This document shows, piece by piece, positions 1-11,563 of a stretch of 64,000 nt of DNA. A model generated the notes under the pieces. It saw only the letters and a program-made list of their open reading frames with translations. It was not told the DNA's origin and did no database searches. A program made the translations under genes and the position numbers. Every line of letters starts with the position of its first letter. The first letter of the stretch is position 1. Location: the NCBI GenBank assembly GCA_963701295.1, contig OY969585.1, positions 3,520,001-3,584,000 on the forward strand. The letters are read 5' to 3'. The DNA comes from Ignavibacteriota bacterium (GTDB lineage Bacteria > Bacteroidota > Ignavibacteria > UBA10030).

Positions 1-93
1 TGGCTGCCACCACCCCCACCATCCCACTCCTGCTACTACAAAAACAAGAAAGACAGCAAAAAGAACAATTGTATTTCTAAGTTTATTGGTCAC
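1..93 (-). CDS. 5' fragment of the next pil-operon gene (possibly PilO-like), running off the window
   Basis: GTG start just downstream of the 109..1710 gene, followed by a hydrophobic stretch; only about 30 codons visible. Confidence 0.3.
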   Translation of the reverse strand, partial: MTNKLRNTIVLFAVFLVFVVAGVGWWGWWQP

Positions 94-108
94 GGTTCTC
101 TCGCCCCC

Positions 109-1710
109 TTATCTTGTACCAAAATTGGGTTCGGGAATATCATATTTATCAACCTTTTCAATAACAATGTCAAATTCATATAATATTTTTTTACGTATTG
201 TGATGGTGCGTACCTCCCTCAACGTCGCTGTTTCAAAGATACTTGCAATGCGCGGTATGCGTGCGCGATAGATGGCCCTACCTGAGATAATGATATTCTG
301 CGAATTTCTGTCATCTGGTCTCAAACTGTAAATCCACAGGGAATTCAGATCCTCTATACTATTTGCAAGATAATGTAGAATTCGGCTCCATCGATCACTC
401 CCCGGAGCGATAGAATCATAGACACTGGTTGCATTACTATAGCGGTTAATATCCTCAGTTAATGCCGCTCTTCGCTGACGAAAAACATCCAGTTCGCCTA
501 GTTTTTGCCGCTTCTGCATGAGCTCCCCTTTAGCTCGTCTGATTTCAGCTTCCCGCCCTGTAATTTGAACAACGAAGAATGGAATCGTCAGACTTACAAG
601 AATGGCCACTGCCCAGCCATGCCAAGCCAACGCTAATGTCCGCTGACCTTCCAGAACAAAATGCGGAACGAGGTTGATATTATAAAAACCGGGAAGGGTG
701 GGTTGAAGTGTGCGCCATGCTGTTATGATCGGAATGACATATTCTGACACCGCTTCACCAATAGAGCCCTCGAATTCACCAATATCGAGAGTAGGGGCTT
801 TCATATATTCCACAAGAGCACTTGAGAATTGCGGAGCGATTGCTTCTAATAAATTCACTTTATGGCTTTCACCAGCCAGTAAAATTCGATCAATGCGCGT
901 CAATGCAATATTATCTTGCTCGAGTAAAATGCGGCTGTAGATAGTGTTCTCAATATTGGGCGATTCATATCCTTCACTAATGATAGGGGCAAAGTGAAGA
1001 TAGTTTTGACCCTGCATAAAAATCAAACGGCTAAAATCATGACCTACATAGATAAGCACGGAAACTTCTTCTTCTTGAGGTTCGTACTGTGTGCGCACCA
1101 TTTCCATCAACACTGCATCTGCACTGTCTAACAGTTTGATATTAGGAACACGCCCACCCATAAACGGCTTCACTTCCATAAGGAGATCATAGATATGCAT
1201 ACCATCTTCACGGATAAGTGAGAGCAACCCGCCTGATGCCGTGGGGACAACATCAATCGCATCTATCCCTGGAGCAGAGGCACGCATCATTGAAAGTTCT
1301 TGAGAGATCTTTTTCTTAAGCTTATCTCCTTTTAGCCCAAAGTCTCCCTCAAACTCTTGATAGGTCACAGCCGGTTCAGAAATAGCATAGGAAAGTAAAT
1401 ATTTCCTTGGAGAGCCAACTTCGTTTAATAGGCCAAGTAATACGGATGCATTTGTGTTGCCTTCTTCGCTTGAAGATTCAAGCGCTCCAGCAGACGAGAA
1501 AGAATCTCCCGATGAAATATCGGCAAATGATGGGCCTTCGCCAGCTGCCGCAATGGCTTGCTTTTCTTCAAATTTTCGCACTAAAGCAACGGTTTTAAAA
1601 TCCCTTAGCGTTACTTTATTTCCTTTGGCAGAAAGGCGTACAAACTTAAGTTCTAGTCCGTCCACAAATAAAGCAACTGCTGTTTTTCCTTCTCCTGCTT
1701 TAATAGGCAT
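109..1710 (-). CDS. Type IV pilus assembly protein, PilM-like actin-fold region fused to a TM and PilN-like C-terminal region
   Basis: Follows pilT/pilB/pilC; 'INLVP' motif (PilN N-terminal INLLP-like) followed by a TM helix and coiled coil. Confidence 0.65.
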   Translation of the reverse strand: MPIKAGEGKTAVALFVDGLELKFVRLSAKGNKVTLRDFKTVALVRKFEEKQAIAAAGEGPSFADISSGDSFSSAGALESSSEEGNTNASVLLGLLNEVGSPRKYLLSYAISEPAVTYQEFEGDFGLKGDKLKKKISQELSMMRASAPGIDAIDVVPTASGGLLSLIREDGMHIYDLLMEVKPFMGGRVPNIKLLDSADAVLMEMVRTQYEPQEEEVSVLIYVGHDFSRLIFMQGQNYLHFAPIISEGYESPNIENTIYSRILLEQDNIALTRIDRILLAGESHKVNLLEAIAPQFSSALVEYMKAPTLDIGEFEGSIGEAVSEYVIPIITAWRTLQPTLPGFYNINLVPHFVLEGQRTLALAWHGWAVAILVSLTIPFFVVQITGREAEIRRAKGELMQKRQKLGELDVFRQRRAALTEDINRYSNATSVYDSIAPGSDRWSRILHYLANSIEDLNSLWIYSLRPDDRNSQNIIISGRAIYRARIPRIASIFETATLREVRTITIRKKILYEFDIVIEKVDKYDIPEPNFGTR

Positions 1711-1765
1711 GAGTTGGTATTTCCTCGCTCGTTAATATTTAGAAAATTGTCATAGGCTACAAGAC

Positions 1766-3103
1766 CTATGGCCCAGTAGCACCTACACGACTAGAACTTA
1801 ATTCTGTTGTTTGTAATTGTAAAAGTTGTTGAAGACGCCGTTTGTTATTTGCATAGTTCATAGCGTTTTCCATCGAAATTTTCTTCTGCAAGTATAGACG
1901 TTTTAAGTCTTGTTCCATGGTGATCATACCAAGATCCGTGCCTTCCGCAATCATTTGATAGATCTCGCTAACATTATTATTTTTGATGGCAGCATATACT
2001 GAGGGAGTTCCAAGCATCACTTCTTTCGCGAGTACACGTTTACCGTCTAAACTGGGAACAAGTTTTTGCGAAATAACACATCGGATCGTCTCTGCTAAAC
2101 GATTCCGTACTCGTTCCTGCTCAATAGGCGGTGTCTCACCGATGATACGGTCAATGCTCTCAACTGCCGATGCCGTATGTAATGTAGAAAAGACTTTGTG
2201 ACCAGAATCTGTAATTTCCAGCGCTGCTAAAATCGTGTCAGCATCTCGCAACTCACCGACCATAATAATATCCGGGTCTTGACGTAATGCCTGCACTGCA
2301 CCGTCTCTAAAGGAAAGCACATCTCTGCCAACTTCTCTATGTCTAATGATGCATTTATCTGATTTATGAACAAATTCAATAGGCGAAGCAATAATAACAA
2401 CATGCCCTTCTACACTATGATTGTTGGCATCGATAATGGAATCCAGCGTGCAACTCTTCCCCGATCCAGTTATACCTGTGACGAGGCAAAGCCCTTCCTT
2501 CGTATGTGCCAGACTAAGTACTTTTGTGACATTTGAGTGCAACTCCAGTCCTTTATAAGGGCGAAGTGTGTTATTAATTGCGCGCATATTCAGCGCGAGC
2601 TGATCCAAGTCAAAATATACGTCCGCACGGAACCTTCTGAAATCTGAACTTTCCATATAAAGCATATGAGAGAAGTCAAGATTTCTGTTCTCAAAGAGAA
2701 ATGCTCTTTGCCGTTCTCCAACAATGCTTTGGATAAGAACATTAATTTCGTCCTGTGAATATTTTCCAAGCGATGGATCTGATCTTTTTGAACCGTACAC
2801 TCGATACCAGATATAGCCTTGCGAGCCATATCCTCCCATATCAATATCAGAAGCGTTGATCGTAAACATACGGGTGAGAAAATGATTAACCAGAGCCAAC
2901 AGCTTCATTTTCGTTGTTTCATCAGTCCGCGTCATGATATCGCTAATCATCATTTGCCGCTCAAGCCCTGTAACCGTTTTTGGGAATTGAGATGCTATCT
3001 CTTTCAAAATTTTTTGTGCATCGGTAACTATTGGCGGTAAGTCTGATGATACATCAACAACGGATGGTATATTTGGATATGGGTTTTTGACTTGTGCTGC
3101 CAT
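1766..3103 (-). CDS. pilT: Type IV pilus retraction ATPase PilT/PilU family
   Basis: Walker A GITGSGKS, 'ALRQDPDIIMVGELRD', 'GHKVFSTLHT'. Confidence 0.9.
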   Translation of the reverse strand: MAAQVKNPYPNIPSVVDVSSDLPPIVTDAQKILKEIASQFPKTVTGLERQMMISDIMTRTDETTKMKLLALVNHFLTRMFTINASDIDMGGYGSQGYIWYRVYGSKRSDPSLGKYSQDEINVLIQSIVGERQRAFLFENRNLDFSHMLYMESSDFRRFRADVYFDLDQLALNMRAINNTLRPYKGLELHSNVTKVLSLAHTKEGLCLVTGITGSGKSCTLDSIIDANNHSVEGHVVIIASPIEFVHKSDKCIIRHREVGRDVLSFRDGAVQALRQDPDIIMVGELRDADTILAALEITDSGHKVFSTLHTASAVESIDRIIGETPPIEQERVRNRLAETIRCVISQKLVPSLDGKRVLAKEVMLGTPSVYAAIKNNNVSEIYQMIAEGTDLGMITMEQDLKRLYLQKKISMENAMNYANNKRRLQQLLQLQTTELSSSRVGATGP

Positions 3104-3395
3104 GCAATTGAATTCTCTTATGTAACCTGATAATTAAAGTTCATAGATTCTTCAGTATCTTTCATTTTCATGGTCGGTTAGATAATAAGGAACTCCAATT
3201 AAAAAAGCAAATGATGAAAAGGATTTTTTTAAGTGTTAACCCCATCTTCCTATACTGACTCCATTTACCTGTTCCGTCACCTACGATTCTTCTTCCTGGA
3301 ATGAAGGGCAAAGCAAATAGAAAAGCAGTCGAGAATTTTCTCTGTCACATTGATTATTGCCTATTTTGCCCTATTTTCTTCATTCATCAGAATGG

Positions 3396-5188
3396 CTAAT
3401 CCTCTTCGGTTGTGTTCGAGACGACTTCTTCGAGAGTGGTACTTCCCTCTTTCATTCTCTCCATCCCCGATCGTCGCAATGACCACATTCCGTCCTTTAT
3501 TGCTTGATCACGGATAGCATTCTCGTCTACTTTATCGCCTGCATTCAAAATAATATCCTTAATTGGCTTAGTAAAGTATAAAGCCTCATGAATTGCAGCG
3601 CGTCCCTTATATCCGCCGCTACATTTTTCACATCCGACTGCTGTATAAAATGTATGGGTAGAGATATCTTCATCGGTAAGACCGAATTTCAAGAGGTCTT
3701 TCTTTTCACTATTATCCATCGGTTTCTTGCATACATTGCAAAGCGTGCGGATAAGTCGCTGGGCGACAATAACATTGATTGCATATGCAAGCAGGAATGG
3801 TTCAATACCCATTTTGAACAAACGCGCAATTGCACTGGGGGCATCATTTGTATGCAATGTTGAAAAAACCAAATGGCCTGTATTTGCCATCTTAATGGCC
3901 GTTTCTGCGGTTATCTTATCTCGCATTTCACCAACAAGCACAATGTCAGGATCGTGACGCAGGATTCCACGGATCGCCTCGTCAAATCCCATCTTAGGAC
4001 CAATTTTCAGCTGACGCGCTCCTTTGACGATATATTCTACCGGGTCTTCGATCGTCAACACATTCACAGTGGGATCAATAACCTGATACAACGCTGCAAT
4101 CAGTGTAGTTGATTTACCGGATCCAGTCGGACCTGTAAGAATGATAATCCCCTGAGGTTTATTAATGGCTTTATAAAAGAATTGACGTGCCGGTCCCTGT
4201 AACCCTAATTTTTCTAAATCGGTGATAACTTTGCGGTCATCCAATACGCGGATAACAACGCTCTCAAACTTATGTTTGAATTCCGTAGTTACGATTGGCA
4301 TGATTGAAACACGGAACCGGAGTTGATGCCCGTCAATAACGCGTTGTATGAATCCATCTTGAGTCATTTCACGCTCAAACCGATCTACATTCTTCGTACG
4401 ATCCTTGATCACCGCGAGCACTGCCTCAGGAACTGTGTTATCTTGAATGTGCCAGACTTGCAGATCGCCGTCCATGCGAAATAAAAAGTTGGTTCGGTTA
4501 CCTTCCGACGCGACGACGTGAATGTCACTTGCACCCCGTCTCACTGCTTCAACCAAACACCCCTCGAACAGATTGACCAAAGCGCTCTTGCTGATTTCTG
4601 CTTCGAGAGCCTGTTCATCAAGTTGTTCATCTCCTCCGCCACCTTCTTCAACAGTGATTTTATTATCATCAAGAAGTTTTAGAAACTCGTTTTGGGCTGG
4701 TGCCACTTTATCCATTAACGACTGGAATTCTTTTAAGCGCACATAACAAATTTCATATTTCTTCACATTGAAACTGCGAGCCACAATAGGCAGATTGCGA
4801 TCAGTAGGATCCGCTGCTATAATGATGAGTTTATCCGGCTGGCGTTCATCAAATTTGAACGGCAACATTTTTGATTGGATCATCATTTCGCGCTGCTGGT
4901 CTGAAAGCTGATCGACATATTTCTTTGTAAAAGCGATCCGTGCATCATCAACTTTTTCATCATCCTAAGAAATACTTCGCGGAAAGCATAAAGATTTGCC
5001 ACTTCGCGGAATACCGCATCGTGATCTGCTCCAAATTCTGTTACAAGGATCTGCCCAAGATTTTTTCGGTTTTTCTTATTTTCATCGGAATCCTTCATCT
5101 TGAGGGACTTCTCAAGCGTTTCAAAGTCGATAATCCCCTTTTTGAGGAGCGTGTAACCGATTTTATCAGTTATATCTATTTCGGCCAT
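3396..5188 (-). CDS. pilB: Type IV pilus assembly ATPase PilB/GspE, split by a +1 frameshift near 4966
   Basis: ORFs 4883..5188 (MshEN-like 'KIGYTLLKKGII', 'LGQILV') and 3396..4886 (GPTGSGKS, RHDPD, CxxC-CxxC) join in frame if one G is removed at ttcttaGgatgatgaa. Confidence 0.88.
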
Positions 5189-5244
5189 GGTTCCATTCCT
5201 CTTTCTTTCATAACACTCTCCGCATGTCTTGCACTATATATATT

Positions 5245-6615
5245 TTAAGGAAGTAAAAGGTGCAATGGCAAAAGCATATGCGGATTTTCAGGCTTTACCA
5301 ATGCCGTTTCCGAAGAAACGATAGTCAACGCTGTAAGCACAACCATCATGATCATCGACACTGACAATTGAATAACTTCGATGGCATTTTTCATGCGATA
5401 GGATGTTTCTTTTTCGTAGTACTCAGCCAATTGAAGCGCAGTCGCTTTTACTGTGCCTGTCTCGGCACCGGAACTAAATCTAGAAATAGCAGTTTTGGTG
5501 AACACACCTGTTGCCTCAAACGCCTCCGTCAAACCTTTGCCACGTTCGAGCATCATCGGTATCGCTATCGTTTTAATCTGATGTTCCATATATCTGTTAC
5601 CGCATGCCTCTGCTGCCATTCGGATAATTTCAATGTTTTCACCCGATCCGCTGTAGAGTGCGTAAAACACACGGCAGAATATTTCGATAGCTGTTTTGTG
5701 CAACATAGAACCAATCACCGGAATTTTAATTAAGTATTGATCTGCCAAGAATCTGCCCCGCTCTGTCCTTATAAATCGCAATAATACAATCAATGGCACA
5801 GTAAATAGGATGGTAAGAACAAGTGCATTGCCCATCAACCAGTCACTGAACTTTAGTGTCGCCGCAGTCATCGGAGGAAGTTTAATGTGAAATTTTATAA
5901 ACATTTCCGCTGTTTTGGGAAATATATATGCGACATAGAACAAACAGGCGAGGAACAATACGAACAACGTAATCAAAGGTGTTATGAGTGCACTCTTGAG
6001 GTTTCTTTTGAATTCTGCATTTCGTTCCATAAATTTTGCAGCGCTCTCATAAATCTCCACCATATTGCCGCTCTTTGATGCTAAGCCAAGCATTTGTGCG
6101 GTGAATTTGCCGATTACCGGCGCTTGTTTCATGAAAACTTTTTCGCTGTCTTTTCCTTGCTTCAATTCCGCATTAATTTCCTTAATGGATTCGCGAAGAG
6201 TTGCATTGGGAATGTCATTGATAAGCAATTGCATCACTTCATTGAATGGAAGTTTTTGCCTCATTAAATCTGTGCTCACTCGTACAAAAGTGATAACATC
6301 AACTGTGGGGGCGGCACGTTGTTTTGTGCCAAATAATTTTTTTCTAACGTAGACAACGCGAAACCCCATCTTCTCTAATGCAATACGAACTTCATCAGAA
6401 GTGAATGCTTTCTGTTCACCGTCAATCGGCTTGTCATCCCCCTTTTGTACACGATAGATGAACGAAAGCCGTTCGTGAATTCCCGTCACTTTAAATTTCT
6501 TGTCGTGAGAGAGTTCTGCTGCTTTTATTTTAGCAATGCTTCTAGTGTCGGCAGTAATTGACCCGGAAACCGCCTTCCCAGAAAGCGTCACACCATCGAT
6601 ACGATATTCAGGCAT
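5245..6615 (-). CDS. pilC: Type IV pilus inner membrane platform protein PilC (GspF family)
   Basis: Two GspF-like repeats, 'GAETG', TM helices, position in operon. Confidence 0.88.
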   Translation of the reverse strand: MPEYRIDGVTLSGKAVSGSITADTRSIAKIKAAELSHDKKFKVTGIHERLSFIYRVQKGDDKPIDGEQKAFTSDEVRIALEKMGFRVVYVRKKLFGTKQRAAPTVDVITFVRVSTDLMRQKLPFNEVMQLLINDIPNATLRESIKEINAELKQGKDSEKVFMKQAPVIGKFTAQMLGLASKSGNMVEIYESAAKFMERNAEFKRNLKSALITPLITLFVLFLACLFYVAYIFPKTAEMFIKFHIKLPPMTAATLKFSDWLMGNALVLTILFTVPLIVLLRFIRTERGRFLADQYLIKIPVIGSMLHKTAIEIFCRVFYALYSGSGENIEIIRMAAEACGNRYMEHQIKTIAIPMMLERGKGLTEAFEATGVFTKTAISRFSSGAETGTVKATALQLAEYYEKETSYRMKNAIEVIQLSVSMIMMVVLTALTIVSSETALVKPENPHMLLPLHLLLP

Positions 6616-6798
6616 ACGATTTTATATTTTATTGGTGAATAAATGATTTGAATAGAATTATCTCCGTTTTCATACTACGATAATACACTTTTTCGCTCTC
6701 TGTGTCAAGAACCCATGGTTCAACAATTCTCCTACTACTACTCAAAACTGTCAAATCGGCTGCCGAATCTCGCATACCGGGTTACGCAGTCTCAATCT

Positions 6799-8319
6799 CT
6801 ATCCCCTTTGTAGCTTATCTCGTACCATTTCAGTAATGTGGCGGAAGTCTATCTTGCCGTTTCCCATCTTTGGAAGATCTTCAATCACCACAAAGTGCTT
6901 CGGCAAAGCGATATTCGGTAATTCTTCGGACATTTTTCTTAGAATTATCTTTTCGTCAATTTTCCGTGTAATGGCTGCGACAATCTTTGCTCCACGCACA
7001 GAATCCGGCACTTCCACAACGCAGCATGAAATTTCTTCCGGCAGAAGATGCTCCAGCACATTTTCTACTCGGATCAAGGACACCATCTCGCCACCAATTT
7101 TCATGAACCGTTTTAATCGGCCCACATGCCAGAGATATCCTTCTGCATCGTGATATCCCATATCTCCGGTATCATACCACCCGTGGCGAATACTGAGTGT
7201 TGTCGCTTCAAAATCATCGAAATATCCCTTCATGATATTTTCGCCCTTCACGAGTATCTTTCCAATTTCACCAACACCGCATTCCTCGCCAGTCTCGTAG
7301 TTCTCAACGCGCACCTTTACATTAGGTAATGGCTGTCCCACACTTCCAGCCCGATTGGCCACAGGAGAATTTACACTAATCACAGGACTTGTCTCTGTAC
7401 AGCCGTATCCTTCCAGTAGAGTAATATTATGTTTATGAAGAAATTCCTCCCGAAGTGAGTCGGGTGTTTTGTCCGCACCGGTCAGCATGATACGGCATGT
7501 GGAAAAATCTCCCGGAACAGATTTTCTCAAATATCCCCACATGAATATCGGCGTGCCCACAACAAATGTAATTTTTTCCTCGCGGATGATATCGCAAATA
7601 TTTTTAAAATCCAATGGATTAGCATATGTCACAATCGTCATCCCATAATACAACGGAAGCCACAAGTTTGCCGTCAATCCAAATACATGGAAGAATGGAA
7701 GGTTGGCGAGAAAAATATCTTCATCGCTAAGATCAAACACCTGGGAAATACCGATGAGATTAGCAGAAATATTCCGGTGCGTTAAGAGAACCGCTTTAGG
7801 ATCTTTTTCACTTCCGCTTGTAAAAAGAACAACGACATTATCATCTTCCTCGCCACCATGGATTTTTTTCAGAAGCCGTTCCACTGGAAGCTTTGCACGG
7901 AGCGCTGCTTTAATTTTATCGAGAATAGATACTTTCGCCAAAACATCCTCAATAAAGATCATACCAGGAACTCGTGGACAATTAACCTTTTCAAGGAGCG
8001 CTTTCGATGTGATGATAATTCTCAATGCGCATTTCTTCTGGGTATATTCGCAGTTTTGTGCAGCACCGGTGGAATAGTTGATCATCACTGGAGTTCGGCC
8101 GCTCATAAGCGCTCCAAGAATGGAAAACGCACACCCGGCAGAAGTTGGTATCATAATACCGATAAAACCCTCTTCGAATTTCCTGAACTTATCCGCCAAG
8201 ATAAGTGAAGCTATAAGTGCTTTTCCGTAGCTGAAATTCTTACCTGTTGTGCGATCGATAATTGCTGTTTTGTTTTCAAATTTTTTGGCGATGCGTACAA
8301 AGTGGTGATGAAGAAGCAT
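6799..8319 (-). CDS. AMP-dependent acyl-ACP/CoA synthetase (Aas-like synthetase domain)
   Basis: 'LFTSGSEKDPKAV', 'EGYGCTE', 'WYDTGD', 'GRLKRF.KIGGEMVSL'. Confidence 0.85.
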   Translation of the reverse strand: MLLHHHFVRIAKKFENKTAIIDRTTGKNFSYGKALIASLILADKFRKFEEGFIGIMIPTSAGCAFSILGALMSGRTPVMINYSTGAAQNCEYTQKKCALRIIITSKALLEKVNCPRVPGMIFIEDVLAKVSILDKIKAALRAKLPVERLLKKIHGGEEDDNVVVLFTSGSEKDPKAVLLTHRNISANLIGISQVFDLSDEDIFLANLPFFHVFGLTANLWLPLYYGMTIVTYANPLDFKNICDIIREEKITFVVGTPIFMWGYLRKSVPGDFSTCRIMLTGADKTPDSLREEFLHKHNITLLEGYGCTETSPVISVNSPVANRAGSVGQPLPNVKVRVENYETGEECGVGEIGKILVKGENIMKGYFDDFEATTLSIRHGWYDTGDMGYHDAEGYLWHVGRLKRFMKIGGEMVSLIRVENVLEHLLPEEISCCVVEVPDSVRGAKIVAAITRKIDEKIILRKMSEELPNIALPKHFVVIEDLPKMGNGKIDFRHITEMVRDKLQRG

Positions 8320-8485
8320 ATCTCATTCCTTTTGAATGATAATCGAAATATAAAATATATTCCGTGCTGTCAACTGAACGGTAATGCATTTTGATTCAAG
8401 ATAGAAGAGTTTGCGAACAACGGCAAGAAGAATTTTCCTAATCAAGAATCCTGGCGTAAAAATAATGAAAACTCAGAATAGAGCA

Positions 8486-9670
8486 TTAATGCCAGTCCCA
8501 AAATATTGTAACGAGATAGAAGATAGTAAGAATTGCTCCAACAGCCGAAATGCCAAATGTCATCGCCGGTGAGAATGCATACCATAGCCATCCCGCAACA
8601 CTGCTGGCAATCAATATGCAAATACTTTGCATGCCAGTATAGAATCCGATGGCAGTTGCTACATCGTTCTTTGGAACAATATTGGATATCCACGCCTTCG
8701 ATATTCCCTCAGTACCTGCGGCATACATTCCATAGAAGAAGAACAGCACAAGCAAATCAGTCGTTGATGTTGCAAAAATTATTCCACCATAGACAAATGC
8801 AAACAACGCTAATCCGAGAACGAGTGTTGTCTTCAATCCGATCTTATCTCCCAGCGCGCCTATCGGATATGACATCATCGCATAGATAAAATTATAGAAA
8901 ATGTACACACCAATCACTTGTAGGTCGGTTGCTCCTTGATGCCGCATCATTAAGAGAAGCAGGATATCGGAACTATTTATTAACGCAAAAAAGAGAAGTC
9001 CGACAACAAGAAATCTGAATTGAAGCGGAGCTGTTTTCCAGTACTTCAGGAATGCAAAGAATCCGGGCATCTCCACCGATACTGATTGTCGGTATTTTTC
9101 CTGCACACGAAATGTTAAAGCACTTGCAAGAACTCCTGGAATAAAAGCCAACAGAAACAGCGTTTTATACTGCCCCGGATAAAATATCAGAAAGACCAAC
9201 GCTGCAAGCGGACCAAGCGTTGCGCCGAGTGTATCGAATGCCCGATGAAATCCAAACACTCGTCCTTTAAACTCTGGTGCGGTTTCTGCCGATAGCATCG
9301 CATCGCGAGCACCAGTCCGAATTCCTTTCCCCAACCGATCAAGCGTGCGTACACCAAATATCCAGAGTGGAAATGACAAGACCGCCATCATCGGCTTGGA
9401 AATTGCACTGAGGGAGTAACCCAATTGGATAAACCTTTTTCTTCTCCCTACTGTATCCGAAAGATGACCAAAATATCCTTTACTCAATCCAGCGGTCGCT
9501 TCCGCAACACCTTCCAAAAGACCTATGAACACAACGGAAAAGCCAATGCTGGTAAGATACATCGGCATGACAGGATAGAGCATTTCACTAGCGATGTCGG
9601 TACAAAAACTCACGAGCGAAAGAAGAACTATCGTACGAGTAATAAATTTCATCACATTTTTCCGTATCAA
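8486..9670 (-). CDS. MFS transporter
   Basis: About 12 TM helices; 'GHLSDTVGRRK' MFS motif A. Confidence 0.85.
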   Translation of the reverse strand: MIRKNVMKFITRTIVLLSLVSFCTDIASEMLYPVMPMYLTSIGFSVVFIGLLEGVAEATAGLSKGYFGHLSDTVGRRKRFIQLGYSLSAISKPMMAVLSFPLWIFGVRTLDRLGKGIRTGARDAMLSAETAPEFKGRVFGFHRAFDTLGATLGPLAALVFLIFYPGQYKTLFLLAFIPGVLASALTFRVQEKYRQSVSVEMPGFFAFLKYWKTAPLQFRFLVVGLLFFALINSSDILLLLMMRHQGATDLQVIGVYIFYNFIYAMMSYPIGALGDKIGLKTTLVLGLALFAFVYGGIIFATSTTDLLVLFFFYGMYAAGTEGISKAWISNIVPKNDVATAIGFYTGMQSICILIASSVAGWLWYAFSPAMTFGISAVGAILTIFYLVTIFWDWH

Positions 9671-9960
9671 AACATTTTAATATACTCACCAACTCTCGAG
9701 AGAGCAATACCGCCACATTCATTCCTGGATATTTCGATGGAATGAAAGAAAAAGTTTGTTATATTTCTAGCAAATCATTTTATAAAAAATTCGTATAAGA
9801 ACAGGAAGTGTATGAACTCAGAGCTAATCATTCAGGGCATGCTTGGCGGAACATTGCAACGTTGATGACAGTAGCCATCACAGGAATTCTTATCGATGGA
9901 TAGATCACATCGCACTATACTTCTGCACAATGTTAAACTTATTTTGAAAAATATTTCACT

Positions 9961-10725
9961 TTGATTCGCTCCTTACTCATCTGGATCACTACAGGTATAG
10001 TCATTTTTTTTTGGCTATTCTTACTTGCCCTGAGCCGTCTCTTCGACCATGATCCCGTTTTGTATCGAACAGGGTTTCTATTCAGAAAACTCGGGAAGAC
10101 TCTGACCCAAATCAATCCTGCATGGAAGCTTCACATTTCAGGAGAAACCATTTCAAATCCGAGGCAGCCGTATGTTGTTGTGTGCAACCATCAATCAATG
10201 GCAGATATTCCGTTGATCAGCAACTTACCTTGGGAAATGAAATGGATGGCGAAAAAGGAATTATTTAGGATTCCAGTAGTCGGATGGATGATGCGGCTTG
10301 CGGGTGATATTTCTGTTGATCGGAAAAATCCTCGCAGCGGTGCACTTGCACTTATTAAAGCCCAGCGAGTGCTTGAACAAAAATGTTCTGTGATGATTTT
10401 CCCTGAAGGTACACGCACACTCGACGGGCGTGTGCGGCAATTCACCGATGGAGCATTTCACCTTGCCATCAAAGCCAAAGTACCGATCCTGCCGCTCGTC
10501 ATCGAAGGTTCGCGCGATTGTATTCCGAAGAATAGCTGGAAATTTGGCAAACCCTCGAACATTTTTTTGAAAGTCCTGCCTCCCGTCGATACTTCTTCGT
10601 TGACCGTACAAGATGTTTCTACCTTGCGCGATACCATACGCATGGCAATTATGAAACAAATAGCAGAATCGCGCTCTGTACCTGTAGAGTCTGTAGATGG
10701 TATGAATTCGTTTTCTGCAACATAA
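9961..10725 (+). CDS. plsC: 1-acyl-sn-glycerol-3-phosphate acyltransferase
   Basis: NHQSMAD and FPEGTR acyltransferase motifs. Confidence 0.85.
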   Translation: MIRSLLIWITTGIVIFFWLFLLALSRLFDHDPVLYRTGFLFRKLGKTLTQINPAWKLHISGETISNPRQPYVVVCNHQSMADIPLISNLPWEMKWMAKKELFRIPVVGWMMRLAGDISVDRKNPRSGALALIKAQRVLEQKCSVMIFPEGTRTLDGRVRQFTDGAFHLAIKAKVPILPLVIEGSRDCIPKNSWKFGKPSNIFLKVLPPVDTSSLTVQDVSTLRDTIRMAIMKQIAESRSVPVESVDGMNSFSAT

Positions 10726-11083
10726 CGTCGCTCGTAGCCTTGCTGCTCGTTAACTCTAGTATATGAAAAGTACTTTTCTGTTCCACGAAGTTATTACTTG
10801 CGATTACGCACGTCTCGTTGTGCAGAAGACAAATTACTACCCTCGCCGTTGCTCGAAAATTACTCCTGCTGATCTATACTTTGTGGAAAACAAATTTCCC
10901 CTATATCCCTGATTATAAATCTATCTAGAATACATCAGAAGGTCTTTCGTTTTAAAACATTCTTCGTTAGTTATTCTATTACGCCACAGGCGTATCAGTC
11001 TTTGGCGGAGAAATATTTTTTGCTTAGACTCTTGACATTGAACACAGTACATGGTTAGACGACAAAAAAATACTTTACGGCTA

Positions 11084-11425
11084 TTATGACAAGTAAAACA
11101 AGCGAGCTGACGAACGGATAACAATGAAATAGATAGTGCAAGCAGTGTTTTTATTTGAAATAATTTCAGTGGGATTTGATAGTTCGTTTATCTGATCGGC
11201 AATTTTATCAATCAGCTCTGCTTGTTCAAGTTCATTTTGTTCTAGAAGTTTTACTCGTTTCTCTCCTTGTTCCAACGAGATATTTTTATGCTTGCCGTCC
11301 TCTTTCGAAGCGTTTCTGAAATATTTCTTAACATCGCCGAAAATCTTTCCGCCGGTTTCAACAATGATCGGACCATATTTCAAGATTTTATACCATGGTA
11401 TTTTCGAAAGAATGCTAACGGCACT
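11084..11425 (-). CDS. Small hypothetical coiled-coil protein, probably the most distal cassette gene
   Basis: ORF 11084..11383 extends to an upstream GTG just inside the GTTAAGC core at 11468-11474. Confidence 0.45.
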   Translation of the reverse strand, partial: SAVSILSKIPWYKILKYGPIIVETGGKIFGDVKKYFRNASKEDGKHKNISLEQGEKRVKLLEQNELEQAELIDKIADQINELSNPTEIISNKNTACTIYFIVIRSSARLFYLS

Positions 11426-11467
11426 TATTGGATTATCTTCCTATGTTTATTGAAGAATGTTTTTACC

Positions 11468-11487
11468 GCTTAACGGATGGGCGCTGA
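11468..11487 (-). repeat. Isolated R'-side arm of an attC
   Basis: gcttaacggatgggcgctg matches the arm at 17551; no partner arm nearby. Confidence 0.6.
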
Positions 11488-11563
11488 TCGCACACGATCT
11501 CCTTTGTTTGCTTTCTATTATATATATTCTTTATCAACGGAACAGTAATCTGTCGGTTTCTCC

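Noticed and set aside
10714-10760. TGCAACATAAC at the plsC stop resembling a cassette end
   Set aside because: Not followed by the GGA...AAGCTG arm; could be chance
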